A DNA stretch of 64,000 nt from an uncultured bacterium (GTDB taxonomy: Bacteria; Verrucomicrobiota; Verrucomicrobiia; Chthoniobacterales; SZAS-18), in NCBI GenBank assembly GCA_963766845.1, contig CAVYBS010000009.1, positions 515,735 through 579,734 of the forward strand, given 5' to 3'. Below, piece after piece: positions 1-9,398 of this stretch (its first letter is position 1; each line of letters starts with the position of its first letter). The notes under the pieces are model-generated. The model was not told the origin of the DNA. It did no database searches and saw only the letters and a program-made list of their open reading frames with translations. The position numbers were made by a program, and so were the translations under genes.

Positions 1-1
1 C

Positions 2-859
2 ACGGGGTTCATCGGGGCGGCGTTCGTACGGCTGGCTCGGGCTCATGGACACCAGGTGGCGGCCCTGGCGCGGCAACGGCCGGGCGCGGACGAGGACGGG
101 CTCCGCTGGCTGCCCGGCACGTTGGAAACGCCGCCCTGGAAGGAGATTGAAGCGTTCGCGCCGGACTCGTGCCTGCACGCCGCCTGGATCGCGGAACCGG
201 GCGTCTACATGGATTCGCCGCTCAACGAGAATTACCGGCGCTGGAGCGTCGATTTTTTCCGACGGTTGGCAGCCGACGGGCTGCGCCATGCTGTCGGCCT
301 GGGCACCTGCATCGAGTACCGGATCGACGGCCAGCCCTCGCGGGAGAATGCCACCCCCTTGGAACCGCTCTCCCCCTACGCCCGCGCGAAGGACGCACTC
401 CGTCGCGCGGTCGAGGAGGAACTCGCCGGGGCGAACTTCGGTTTCGCCTGGGGCCGGGTGTTTTACCCCTACGGCCCCGGCGAACATCCCACGCGTCTGT
501 GCAGCGCCCTCGCGCGCAAGCTCCAAGCGGGCGAGACCCTGCTGCTCAAGACGCCCGACAGCACGAAGGATTACATTTTCATCGACGACCTCGCCGCCGC
601 AATCCTGGCCGTCGTCGAACGCGGATTGATCGGCCCCGTCAATCTCGGCACGGGCCAGGGTGTCACCGTGCGCGACATCGCCCACACCCTCGGCCGGTTG
701 CTCGGACGCGAGGAACTCGTCGGCGAGAGCGACACGCCCGCGCCCGACCCGTTGCATTACGTCGTGGCCGATGCGTCCCGCCTCGCCGTCGAAGCGGGCT
801 GGCGGGCAGCGTGGACGCTGGAGACGGGGTTGCGCGCCGTCGTGGACGCCACCGCCTGA
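2..859 (+). CDS. NAD-dependent epimerase/dehydratase (5'-partial)
   Basis: Frame from base 2 reads TGFIG (end of GxxGxxG), YARAK (YxxxK), RVFYPYGPGE, KDYIFIDD, NLGTG; open at window start. Confidence 0.9.
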   Translation, partial: TGFIGAAFVRLARAHGHQVAALARQRPGADEDGLRWLPGTLETPPWKEIEAFAPDSCLHAAWIAEPGVYMDSPLNENYRRWSVDFFRRLAADGLRHAVGLGTCIEYRIDGQPSRENATPLEPLSPYARAKDALRRAVEEELAGANFGFAWGRVFYPYGPGEHPTRLCSALARKLQAGETLLLKTPDSTKDYIFIDDLAAAILAVVERGLIGPVNLGTGQGVTVRDIAHTLGRLLGREELVGESDTPAPDPLHYVVADASRLAVEAGWRAAWTLETGLRAVVDATA

Positions 860-874
860 CACCCGCAAAATCGC

Positions 875-903
875 TGGCCAGCGCGCCGCGCCGCTGGCAT
901 GCT
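875..903 (+). promoter_or_regulatory. Putative sigma70-type promoter of first wzt
   Basis: TGGCCA-17 nt-CATGCT with TG extension; same layout recurs at 4161-4189 before the second wzt. Confidence 0.4.
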
Positions 904-932
904 GGCCGCAGAGTCCGGCGGCTTTTTTTGAC

Positions 933-2327
933 ATGACCGAAACCGTCATCCAGGTGGAAAACGTCGCCAAGCGTTACGTCCTCGGCACCGGCGACGGCAC
1001 GCCGGCACGATACCGCAGGTTGCAAGAAAGCCTGACCAACGCCCTGCACGGGTCGTGGCGGCGGCTGCGGCGCGCGGGGACGACAGCGACACCCGCCAGC
1101 ACAGAGTTCTGGGCGTTGCAGGATGTTTCCTTCACGGTCAAACGCGGCGAGGTCGTGGGCATCATCGGCCGCAACGGCGCGGGCAAGAGCACGCTGCTCA
1201 AGGTCCTCTCGCGCATCACCGAGCCCACCAAAGGCAGCATCCGTCTCAAGGGCCGCGTGGCTTCCCTGTTGGAGGTGGGCACGGGCTTCCACCCCGAGTT
1301 GACCGGCCGCGAGAACATCTATCTGAACGGGGCGATCCTGGGCATGCACAGGCACGAGATCAAAGCCAAGTTCGACGAGATCGTCGCGTTTGCGGAGGTC
1401 GAGCGTTTCCTGGACACCCCGGTCAAGCGTTACAGCAGCGGCATGTACGTGCGCCTGGCCTTCGCGGTCGCCGCCCACCTGGAGCCCGAAATCCTCATCG
1501 TCGATGAAGTGCTTGCCGTCGGCGACGCCAACTTCCAGAAGAAATGCCTCAACAAGATGCAGGACGTGGGCCAGGGCGGGCGCACGGTCCTTTTCGTCTC
1601 CCACAGCATGCCCGCGATCACCCGGCTGTGTTCGCGGGCGATCATGCTCAGCGAGGGAAGCGTCATCGGCGACGGCCCGACGCACGAAGTGATCGGCGTG
1701 TATCTGAGCGGCGGCCTGGGCACGACGGCCGAACGACGGTGGGACGGCCCGGCCAAGGCTCCCGGCAACCAGACCGCACGCCTGCGGGCGGCGCGGATGG
1801 TGGACGCCCGCGGCGAGGTGGCCGAGACCTTCGACGCGCGCCAGCCGGTGGGGATCGAGATCGAGTTCGACGTGCTCCGGTCCGGGCAGGTGCTCGTGCC
1901 GAATTTCGTCGTCACCAACGACGAGGGCGTCTGCGTGTGCCATCCCCACGACTGGCAGGCCGACTGGCGGGACAAACCGCGCGAAACCGGACGGCACCGG
2001 CGCACCGGCTGGATTCCCGGCGGCCTGCTGGCCGAAGGGTCGTTCACCGTGGGCGTGGCCCTGAGTTCGTATAACCCGACCTCCGCGCATTTCTACGAAC
2101 GCGACGCGGTGGCTTTTCAGATCGTGGACGACCACGACGGCAGCGCGCGGGGAGGCTACGTCGGCCACCTGCCGGGCGTCGTGCGGCCGGTGTTGCGGTG
2201 GACGGACGCACCGACCGACCCGGCGGCGGATGCGCCTCCCGCCCTGGCGGTGCCAGCGACGAGCCCATCAAACCCGGCCCCCGCCACCACACTGCTTCCG
2301 CATGCCCGCCCCGGCTTCGTCCGTTAG
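933..2327 (+). CDS. wzt: Polysaccharide/O-antigen ABC exporter ATP-binding protein with C-terminal Wzt_C-like domain (paralogue 1)
   Basis: GRNGAGKST Walker A, YSSGM signature, ILIVDEVLAVGD Walker B, VSH switch, ~200-aa C-terminal extension; start set at MTETVI. Confidence 0.93.
   Translation: MTETVIQVENVAKRYVLGTGDGTPARYRRLQESLTNALHGSWRRLRRAGTTATPASTEFWALQDVSFTVKRGEVVGIIGRNGAGKSTLLKVLSRITEPTKGSIRLKGRVASLLEVGTGFHPELTGRENIYLNGAILGMHRHEIKAKFDEIVAFAEVERFLDTPVKRYSSGMYVRLAFAVAAHLEPEILIVDEVLAVGDANFQKKCLNKMQDVGQGGRTVLFVSHSMPAITRLCSRAIMLSEGSVIGDGPTHEVIGVYLSGGLGTTAERRWDGPAKAPGNQTARLRAARMVDARGEVAETFDARQPVGIEIEFDVLRSGQVLVPNFVVTNDEGVCVCHPHDWQADWRDKPRETGRHRRTGWIPGGLLAEGSFTVGVALSSYNPTSAHFYERDAVAFQIVDDHDGSARGGYVGHLPGVVRPVLRWTDAPTDPAADAPPALAVPATSPSNPAPATTLLPHARPGFVR
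1128..1522 (+). repeat. 395-bp direct repeat, copy 1 (ATPase core of wzt1)
   Basis: By eye identical to 4434-4828 (offset 3306), including third codon positions. Confidence 0.9.
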
Positions 2328-2994
2328 AGCCGGGCTGCTGTGGCGCGGTCGCCGTTCCCTGGAACGCTGGCTGGTTCGCCGCTGCATCCGGCTCTTTTCC
2401 TCGCACCGCGAATGGCGGGAGGCCGTGCATGGGTGGCACTGCCAGCAGGAGAACCGCCCCGTGTCGGACCCCCGGGTGCGGATTGGCCGGCACACCTACG
2501 GCGTGCTGGTGCGTTCGGTGTTCATGGCGCGCGAGGACGACCGGCTGACCGTCGGCAATTTTTGCAGCATCGCGGACGGGGTGCGCTTTATTTTCGGCAA
2601 CCATCCCGTGGATGTCGTGACGACTTTTCCGCTCCGGACGATCCTGCGCGATGAGTGGGCGAACAACGTGGACGCCGTCTCGCAGGGACCGATCACGGTG
2701 GGGAACGATGTCTGGATCGCCAGCGACGCCGTGATCCTATCGGGGGTGACCATCGGCGACGGGGCGGTCATCGGCGCGGGGGCGGTCGTGACGCGGGACG
2801 TGGCGCCGTACTCACTGGCGGCGGGAGTGCCGGCGCGGCACGTCCGGTATCGGTTCAGCGACGAGCAGATTGCCGCCTTGCGCAAAATCCGCTGGTGGGA
2901 CTGGCCGGAAGAAATCATTCTTGCTAACGTCGATCTGTTTTACGGAGATGTGGATACGTTCATCCGACGCTTCCTGCCGCCCCCGACGGTCTGA
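2302..2994 (+). CDS. CatB/Vat-like hexapeptide-repeat O-acetyltransferase
   Basis: IGRHTYG, VGNFCSIA, VGNDVWI, IGDGAVIGAGAVVTRDV, IRWWDW. Confidence 0.9.
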   Translation: MPAPASSVRAGLLWRGRRSLERWLVRRCIRLFSSHREWREAVHGWHCQQENRPVSDPRVRIGRHTYGVLVRSVFMAREDDRLTVGNFCSIADGVRFIFGNHPVDVVTTFPLRTILRDEWANNVDAVSQGPITVGNDVWIASDAVILSGVTIGDGAVIGAGAVVTRDVAPYSLAAGVPARHVRYRFSDEQIAALRKIRWWDWPEEIILANVDLFYGDVDTFIRRFLPPPTV

Positions 2995-3012
2995 CGGTTG
3001 TCTTTTTTCCTC

Positions 3013-4074
3013 ATGCCGAGCAAACTTTTCACCATTGCGCTGCCCGTGCGCAACGGCGGCGCGTACCTGCGCGGGTGCGTGGAGAGTATCCTGGCGCAGC
3101 GTTGCGGGGACTTCGACCTCGACATTTTCGACAACGCCAGCACCGACGGCACCACCGAATGGCTGACCACCCTGCGCGACCCGCGCGTGCGCCTGCACCC
3201 CGCCGACCGGCCTTTGTCCATCACGGAAAACTGGGCACGCATCCGGGACATCCCCAAGAACGAGTACCTGACCACCATCGGCCACGACGACCTGCTCGAC
3301 CCGGATTTTCTGGAAATCATCTCCGGGCTGATCGACCGGCACCCCGACGCCGGGCTGTACCTGACGCACTTCCGGCTGATCGACGAGGAGGGCAAGTTCC
3401 TGCGCCACTGCCAGCCGATGCCCGCACGGGAAACGGGGGCTGAGTTCGTCGCCGCGCGGCTGTGCGAGCTGCGTGATTCCTTCGGGACCGGCTACGTCCT
3501 GCGCTCGGCCGCCTACGACGCCATCGGCGGCATCCCGCCGTTCCCGAAGCTACTCTTCGCCGACGACGCGCTTTTTTTGCAAGCCATCGGCGCGTCCTAC
3601 CGGGCCACGGCGCTAGAGGAAGCGTTCTCCTACCGCTGGCACGCGGCGAGTGCCTCCACGACCTCCTCGATGGGGGAGGTCTTCGGGGCCCTGGAACGGT
3701 ACGGCACCCTCCTGAGCGACCAACGCGACGGGGACCCGGCGCTGGCGGAAGTGCTCCAGCGGTATTTTCCCCGCTACGCCGCGCACGTCGGCTGGCATTG
3801 GCGGCAGGAGGCCCTGCTGGCGGCCTACCACGCGCGGACCAAGCTCGATCCCTGCCTGGACCAGCGGGTGACGGCGCTCGCCTCGCTCTTTGGAGAAATC
3901 CCGCCTCTGCCGTCCCGGCCGCGCAAGTTGTCGGCGCGGCTGCTGGAAGGGGCGACACGCTCCGCTTTCGTGTGGGCGTTGTTCCGGGTCTGGCGAGCAC
4001 AGCAAAAAGGCCGGGCCGTGGCATCGCGCTGGCTGTCGGTGGGGAGCCGCCGCGAGATGACCAGTAAACCCTGA
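3013..4074 (+). CDS. Glycosyltransferase family 2
   Basis: IALPVRNG, DNASTDGT, GHDDLL. Confidence 0.9.
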   Translation: MPSKLFTIALPVRNGGAYLRGCVESILAQRCGDFDLDIFDNASTDGTTEWLTTLRDPRVRLHPADRPLSITENWARIRDIPKNEYLTTIGHDDLLDPDFLEIISGLIDRHPDAGLYLTHFRLIDEEGKFLRHCQPMPARETGAEFVAARLCELRDSFGTGYVLRSAAYDAIGGIPPFPKLLFADDALFLQAIGASYRATALEEAFSYRWHAASASTTSSMGEVFGALERYGTLLSDQRDGDPALAEVLQRYFPRYAAHVGWHWRQEALLAAYHARTKLDPCLDQRVTALASLFGEIPPLPSRPRKLSARLLEGATRSAFVWALFRVWRAQQKGRAVASRWLSVGSRREMTSKP

Positions 4075-4160
4075 TTGGGCGTGCCCCCCAGCGGCTGAAC
4101 GGTCAGTCCGCCAGCACGCCGCCCCGCAAGACGCCCCACTCCGGCGGCCGCAGAAAAATC

Positions 4161-4189
4161 TGGCCAGCTTTCCGCCTTGCTGGCATCTT
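4161..4189 (+). promoter_or_regulatory. Putative sigma70-type promoter of second wzt
   Basis: TGGCCA-17 nt-CATCTT with TG extension, mirrors 875-903. Confidence 0.4.
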
Positions 4190-4226
4190 GTGCCGCCTTG
4201 CCGCCCTGCGTACCCTCTGTCGCGTC

Positions 4227-5522
4227 ATGACCGAAACCGTCATCCAGGTAGAAAACATCGGTAAACGCTACATGCTTGGAACGGGTGGCGGCGGATCATC
4301 GCGCTACCACACGCTGGGCGAGAGCGTCATGGACGGTCTGCGGGCTCCCGGGCGGTGGCTGCGCCCAGCAACGGCCGGCGCGATCCCTGCCCTCCCCCGG
4401 AAGGACGATGAGTTCTGGGCGTTGGGCGACGTGTCCTTCACGGTCAAACGCGGCGAGGTCGTGGGCATCATCGGCCGCAACGGCGCGGGCAAGAGCACGC
4501 TGCTCAAGGTCCTCTCGCGCATCACCGAGCCCACCAAAGGCAGCATCCGTCTCAAGGGCCGCGTGGCTTCCCTGTTGGAGGTGGGCACGGGCTTCCACCC
4601 CGAGTTGACCGGCCGCGAGAACATCTATCTGAACGGGGCGATCCTGGGCATGCACAGGCACGAGATCAAAGCCAAGTTCGACGAGATCGTCGCGTTTGCG
4701 GAGGTCGAGCGTTTCCTGGACACCCCGGTCAAGCGTTACAGCAGCGGCATGTACGTGCGCCTGGCCTTCGCGGTCGCCGCCCACCTGGAGCCCGAAATCC
4801 TCATCGTCGATGAAGTGCTTGCCGTCGGGGACCAGGAATTCCAAAAAAAGTGCATGGGCAAGATGGATGAAGTCGCCAAGCGGCGGGGCCGGACCGTCCT
4901 TTTCGTCAGCCACAACATGGGCGCGGTCAACCAACTCTGCACTCGGGCCCTGCTGCTTCAAGGGGGACACCTGGTCTGCGACGACGTGACCCCCACCACG
5001 ATCAGGCACTACCTCAATTCCGCTCCCGGCACAGACCCCTCGGGGAGCGGGCGCGCGACGCACGCCGGCAACCGTGGAAAGTCCATGCTGATCGCCAGTG
5101 CCGTGGCGCGGAATCCTTCGGGTGAACTCAAGCAAAGTTTCGGCATCGATGAGCCGATCACGCTCGACATCGCCTACGAGGTACGCGAAAGCGTGCGTTT
5201 CGCGGAGATAGGTTTCGCGGTGCGCGATGAGCGCGGACGGCGGATTTTTATCTCTGAAACCCCCGTTCCCGCCGCTGCCCGGCCCACGCGAGCCGAAAAC
5301 GTGATCAGCACACGCATCCCCGCCAGCGTGCTGGTGCCGGGACGGTATTTTTTTACCTTTCACATCCATGTCCCCGGCGCACTCGGGATCGACTTCGCCG
5401 AGGACCTGCTCGTCGTCGATATTATCGACACGGGCTCCTGGTGCTCACGCTACGGAGACCTCGACTACGGCTGCGTTTTCGTGCATTGCGAATGGGATAG
5501 CCCAGCCGCGCTGAACGTCTGA
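4227..5522 (+). CDS. wzt: Polysaccharide ABC exporter ATP-binding protein with divergent C-terminal domain (paralogue 2)
   Basis: Same Walker A/YSSGM/Walker B core as 933-2327; strongly divergent C-terminal domain. Confidence 0.93.
   Translation: MTETVIQVENIGKRYMLGTGGGGSSRYHTLGESVMDGLRAPGRWLRPATAGAIPALPRKDDEFWALGDVSFTVKRGEVVGIIGRNGAGKSTLLKVLSRITEPTKGSIRLKGRVASLLEVGTGFHPELTGRENIYLNGAILGMHRHEIKAKFDEIVAFAEVERFLDTPVKRYSSGMYVRLAFAVAAHLEPEILIVDEVLAVGDQEFQKKCMGKMDEVAKRRGRTVLFVSHNMGAVNQLCTRALLLQGGHLVCDDVTPTTIRHYLNSAPGTDPSGSGRATHAGNRGKSMLIASAVARNPSGELKQSFGIDEPITLDIAYEVRESVRFAEIGFAVRDERGRRIFISETPVPAAARPTRAENVISTRIPASVLVPGRYFFTFHIHVPGALGIDFAEDLLVVDIIDTGSWCSRYGDLDYGCVFVHCEWDSPAALNV
4434..4828 (+). repeat. 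395-bp direct repeat, copy 2
   Basis: Matches 1128-1522. Confidence 0.9.
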
Positions 5523-5536
5523 TCCGAGACGACAAC

Positions 5537-6337
5537 ATGGCCACCGTTCCTCGCGTCCTCAAACGTCTCGTCCCACCGCCCGCGCTTGCCCTGCGCCGCT
5601 GGTGGCGGGAGCGCAACTCGTTCGCGGCCCGGCTCCAGCGGGTCGGCGAAAAGGTGGCCCGGCACTGCGGGCGGATCGTGATGGCCGGTCCGTTCCGCGG
5701 GATGCGCTACGGCGGCGAATCGTTTTGCAGCGGGTACGCGCCCAAGCTGCTCGGCTGCTACGAGGCGGAACTCCTGCCGACCTTTGCCCGCATCCTGGCC
5801 AAGGATTATCCTTTCGTCGTGGACATCGGCGCGGCCGAGGGATACTACGCGGTCGGATTGGCGCGCAGCACGGAGCACATCCGGGTGCATGCCTTCGAGA
5901 TCGACGATCATGCGCGCGGGCTCTGCGAAGAGAACGCACGGCTCAACGGCGTCTCCGGGCGCATCGTGCTCCACGGCGGCTGCGACCTCGCGGCACTGCG
6001 AGCCTTGCCCTGGGCGGGGCGCGGTCTGGTGATCTGCGACTGCGAGGGCTATGAAATCACGTTGATGGACCCCGAGGCGGTCCCCGCCCTGAAAACCTGC
6101 GACTTGCTCGTGGAGATGCACGATTGCTTCGACCCGCGGATCACGCCCACCCTGGTCGAACGTTTCCAGGGAACGCACGACATCCATTTGATGGCCACCG
6201 CCCCCCACGACCCGGCCGACTTCCCGGCCGCCCATTTCTTGCCACCCGAGGAACAGGTGCTGGCCGTGGACGACGGCCGGGCCGCGTCAATGCAATGGGC
6301 CTTCATGGAGGCCAGAGAATCCGGAGGAACAGCGTGA
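5537..6337 (+). CDS. SAM-dependent methyltransferase (FkbM-like)
   Basis: LLGCYE, VVDIGAAEGYY motif I, HAFE, ICDCEGYE, LLVEMH. Confidence 0.8.
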   Translation: MATVPRVLKRLVPPPALALRRWWRERNSFAARLQRVGEKVARHCGRIVMAGPFRGMRYGGESFCSGYAPKLLGCYEAELLPTFARILAKDYPFVVDIGAAEGYYAVGLARSTEHIRVHAFEIDDHARGLCEENARLNGVSGRIVLHGGCDLAALRALPWAGRGLVICDCEGYEITLMDPEAVPALKTCDLLVEMHDCFDPRITPTLVERFQGTHDIHLMATAPHDPADFPAAHFLPPEEQVLAVDDGRAASMQWAFMEARESGGTA

Positions 6338-6347
6338 CTTGCGACGT

Positions 6348-7310
6348 ATGCTGACCCGGCTCAAATCCCGTCTGCGCAGACTCCTCGCCAATGCGCTCCA
6401 GACCTACCACCAGCGGGCGAGCTACACGTTACAGCGCGAGACCGGTCGCAACGCTGTCCTGCTCGGACAAATCCGCAACGCGCAACTCGCCGCCCTGGGC
6501 CGGTTGGAACGTCTGCGCGACGCCGAATTCCGCGTTTTCTCGCAGTTCGGCGAGGACGGGATTATCCAGTATCTCCTCCGCCACGTACCGATCGAAAACG
6601 ACACGTTCATCGAGTTTGGCGTGGAAACCTACGACGAGGCGAACACCCGCTACCTCCTCGTCAACAACAACTGGCGCGGACTGGTCATCGACGGCGACCC
6701 GGCCCTGCCCGCGCACCTGCGGCAAAATCCCCTCTCCTGGCAGCACGAATTGACGGTGGTCAGCGCGTTCATCAACGCGGAAAACATCAACGAATTATTC
6801 GCACGACATGGGTTTCGCGGCGATCTCGGGCTGTTAAGCATCGACGTGGACGGCAACGACTACTGGCTGTGGAAGGCGATCACCGTCGTCTCCCCGCGGA
6901 TCGTGGTTTGCGAATACAATTCGGTTTTCGGCGACCTTTATCCGGTCACAGTGCCTTACCGGGCGGATTTCCAAAAACGGCGGGCGCATTATTCAGACCT
7001 GTATTTCGGCGCTTCGCTGCCTGCTCTCTGTGACCTGGCGGAGGCGAAGGGATATACTTTCGTCGGTGCGACCTCGCAGGGACTCAACGCGTTTTTCGTC
7101 CGCAACGACCTCGCAGGCAGCCTGCCCCGTCCCACCGCACGGGAGGAATACGCCCGCAGCCGGTTCCGTTCGTCGCTCAATGAGCACGCGGAGTTGAACT
7201 TCCTCACGGGCGACGAGCGGCTGGCGGTTATCGCGGACCTGCAGGTCGAGGACACGCGTGCGGGCCAGCTTCGCCGCGTGGGCGACCTCGTGCGGCAGGA
7301 GCCTAATTGA
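6348..7310 (+). CDS. Conserved glycan-locus protein, FkbM/methyltransferase-like fold
   Basis: SQFGEDGII, FIEFGV, LLSIDVDGNDYW, VCEYN, NAFFVR. Confidence 0.7.
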   Translation: MLTRLKSRLRRLLANALQTYHQRASYTLQRETGRNAVLLGQIRNAQLAALGRLERLRDAEFRVFSQFGEDGIIQYLLRHVPIENDTFIEFGVETYDEANTRYLLVNNNWRGLVIDGDPALPAHLRQNPLSWQHELTVVSAFINAENINELFARHGFRGDLGLLSIDVDGNDYWLWKAITVVSPRIVVCEYNSVFGDLYPVTVPYRADFQKRRAHYSDLYFGASLPALCDLAEAKGYTFVGATSQGLNAFFVRNDLAGSLPRPTAREEYARSRFRSSLNEHAELNFLTGDERLAVIADLQVEDTRAGQLRRVGDLVRQEPN

Positions 7311-7317
7311 CGACGGG

Positions 7318-8559
7318 ATGAAGATTGCCGTCTGGCACAACCTGCCCAGCGGCGGCGCGAAACGCGTCCTGCACTCCCATGTCGCCGGGCTCGTCGCGCG
7401 CGGCCACCACGTCGAGGCGTGGTGCCCGGGTTCGGCCGACGGGGGGTATCTGCCGCTGCGTGATCTGGTCGAGGAACACGTCCTGCCGTTGGACGGCTGG
7501 TCCGTCGGCACGCCATCCAACTGGGCGGGCCGCCGCCAGTTGCTCACGCGCGGCGCGAGCGTCATCGCGGCGATGGAGCGGCACTCCCGGCGGTGCGCGC
7601 AGGAGATCGCGCGCGGAGGTTTCGACGTGGTGTTCGCCAACACCTGCCAGCAGTTCGCCTCGCCCTTCATCGGCCGTTACGTGCCCTCGCCCAAGCTCCT
7701 CTACCTTCAGGAACCGGCCCGCATCTTGTACGAGGCGATGCCCGAACTGCCCTGGATCGCCCCCGTGGCCGCCGGGTGGAGTCCGCGCCGGCTGGCGCGT
7801 CGGGCCAAGGGCTATCTCCGCCTGGAAATGCTCCGGCGAAACGCCCGCGAGGAATTGACCAACGCCCGCGCCTTCGACACGATCCTCGTCAATTCGTTCT
7901 TCAGCCGCGAGAGCGTGCTGCGCGCCTACGGACTGGACACGCGCGTGTGCTACCTGGGCATCGACACGGGTCTCTTTCATCCGCTGCCCGGCGTGGTACG
8001 CCGCCGGTCCGTCGTCGGCCTGGCCGCGTTCTCTCGCACCAAGGGAATCGAGACGGCCGTCGAGGCTGTCGGCTGCCTGCCCGAACCGCGTCCGCCGCTG
8101 GTGTGGATCGCCAATTCCTCCACCCCCGCCTACATCGACGAAATGACCGCCCTGGCGCGGGCGCGCGGGGTGGATTTGCAAATCCGCCTGCGGCTGCCCG
8201 ACCCGGAGGTGGTCCGCCTGCTCAACGAAGCGGCCGTCATGCTTTACACATCGCGTCTGGAGCCGTTCGGGCTGGCCCCGCTGGAGGCCAACGCCTGCGG
8301 CACGCCCGTCGTCGCCGTGGCCGAGGGCGGGGTGCGCGAAACGGTCCGCGACGGCGTCAACGGCCTGCTCTTGGACCGTGATCCGGAACGGATCGCCGCC
8401 GCGCTGGGTCGATTGCTGGACGCTCCCGCCGAAGCGCGCGCGATGGGCGAACGCGCCGCCGCGCACGTCGCCGCCGAGTGGGGCGTTGCACAAAGCGTGG
8501 ATCGACTGGAAGCGGAGTTGGAACGGTGCGTCCGGCAGCACGGCGGGAAAACCTCGTGA
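7318..8559 (+). CDS. Glycosyltransferase family 4
   Basis: HNLPSGGAKR; EPFGLAPLEANACGTPVV (EX7E). Confidence 0.92.
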   Translation: MKIAVWHNLPSGGAKRVLHSHVAGLVARGHHVEAWCPGSADGGYLPLRDLVEEHVLPLDGWSVGTPSNWAGRRQLLTRGASVIAAMERHSRRCAQEIARGGFDVVFANTCQQFASPFIGRYVPSPKLLYLQEPARILYEAMPELPWIAPVAAGWSPRRLARRAKGYLRLEMLRRNAREELTNARAFDTILVNSFFSRESVLRAYGLDTRVCYLGIDTGLFHPLPGVVRRRSVVGLAAFSRTKGIETAVEAVGCLPEPRPPLVWIANSSTPAYIDEMTALARARGVDLQIRLRLPDPEVVRLLNEAAVMLYTSRLEPFGLAPLEANACGTPVVAVAEGGVRETVRDGVNGLLLDRDPERIAAALGRLLDAPAEARAMGERAAAHVAAEWGVAQSVDRLEAELERCVRQHGGKTS

Positions 8560-9398
8560 GCGTGTGCGTCGTCCATCTGGTGTGGGCTCCGCTCGGGCTG
8601 GAGCCGTTCCGCCGGTTCGTGGCATCCTACCGCCGCCAGCCCGCCGGGGCCGCGCACCGTTTGCTCGTGGTTTACAACGGGTTCCAGCCGGGCGCGGACC
8701 GCGCGGACTACCGGAGCGAACTCGACGGCGTCGCCCATGCAGAGCGGGTGCTGCCCCGCCCGGTCCAGGACATCCCGGCGTACTTCGACGCCGCCGGGAC
8801 GGCGGAGGAAAGCCGGGTGTGCTTCCTGAATTCGTACAGCGTTCTGCTCGCCCCGGACTGGCTGCGGAAACTCACCGACGCGCTGGACGGCCCCGGCATG
8901 GGCGCGGTCGGCGCGACGGGCAGCGCGCAAAGCCATCTGACGCACCTGCGCGCGGAGGGCTGGCCGCCGGCGACCCGGCGGTGGCGGCAGGGGTTCAAGG
9001 ACGCGCGTTACCGCCTGGAATTGTTGCGCGCATGGTGGGAATTCCCCCCGTTTCCGAACCCCCACCTGCGCACGACGGGTTTCCTCATCGAGCGCGAACG
9101 ATTCCTGAGCCTGCGCCGGTCGATCCGCACCAAACGCGCGGCCGAACGCTTCGAGAGCGGCTACGGCGGACTGACCGCCTCGCTGCACGCGCGCGGTCTG
9201 GGCGTCGGCGTCGTGGACCGTGACGGGAACTGTCATCCGCCCGGAAGTTGGGCACGAAGCCGGACCTTCCGCAGCGGTGCGCAGGAAAATTTGCTGGTGG
9301 CCGACAATCGCACCGGAGAATATGCCCTCGCCGACCCGATCCACCGGCTCCGGATGGCCCGTTGGGCCTGGGGTCCGGACGCCCTGCCACCGCCATGA
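8556..9398 (+). CDS. Hypothetical protein, possible GT-A-fold glycosyltransferase
   Basis: GTG overlaps upstream stop and TGA overlaps downstream ATG; motifs VCFLNSYS, HLRTTGF, FESG. Confidence 0.65.
   Translation: MSVCVVHLVWAPLGLEPFRRFVASYRRQPAGAAHRLLVVYNGFQPGADRADYRSELDGVAHAERVLPRPVQDIPAYFDAAGTAEESRVCFLNSYSVLLAPDWLRKLTDALDGPGMGAVGATGSAQSHLTHLRAEGWPPATRRWRQGFKDARYRLELLRAWWEFPPFPNPHLRTTGFLIERERFLSLRRSIRTKRAAERFESGYGGLTASLHARGLGVGVVDRDGNCHPPGSWARSRTFRSGAQENLLVADNRTGEYALADPIHRLRMARWAWGPDALPPP

Noticed and set aside
2302-2994. Antibiotic resistance acetyltransferase (cat/vat)
   Set aside because: Embedded in a glycan operon; sugar O-acetylation is the simpler reading
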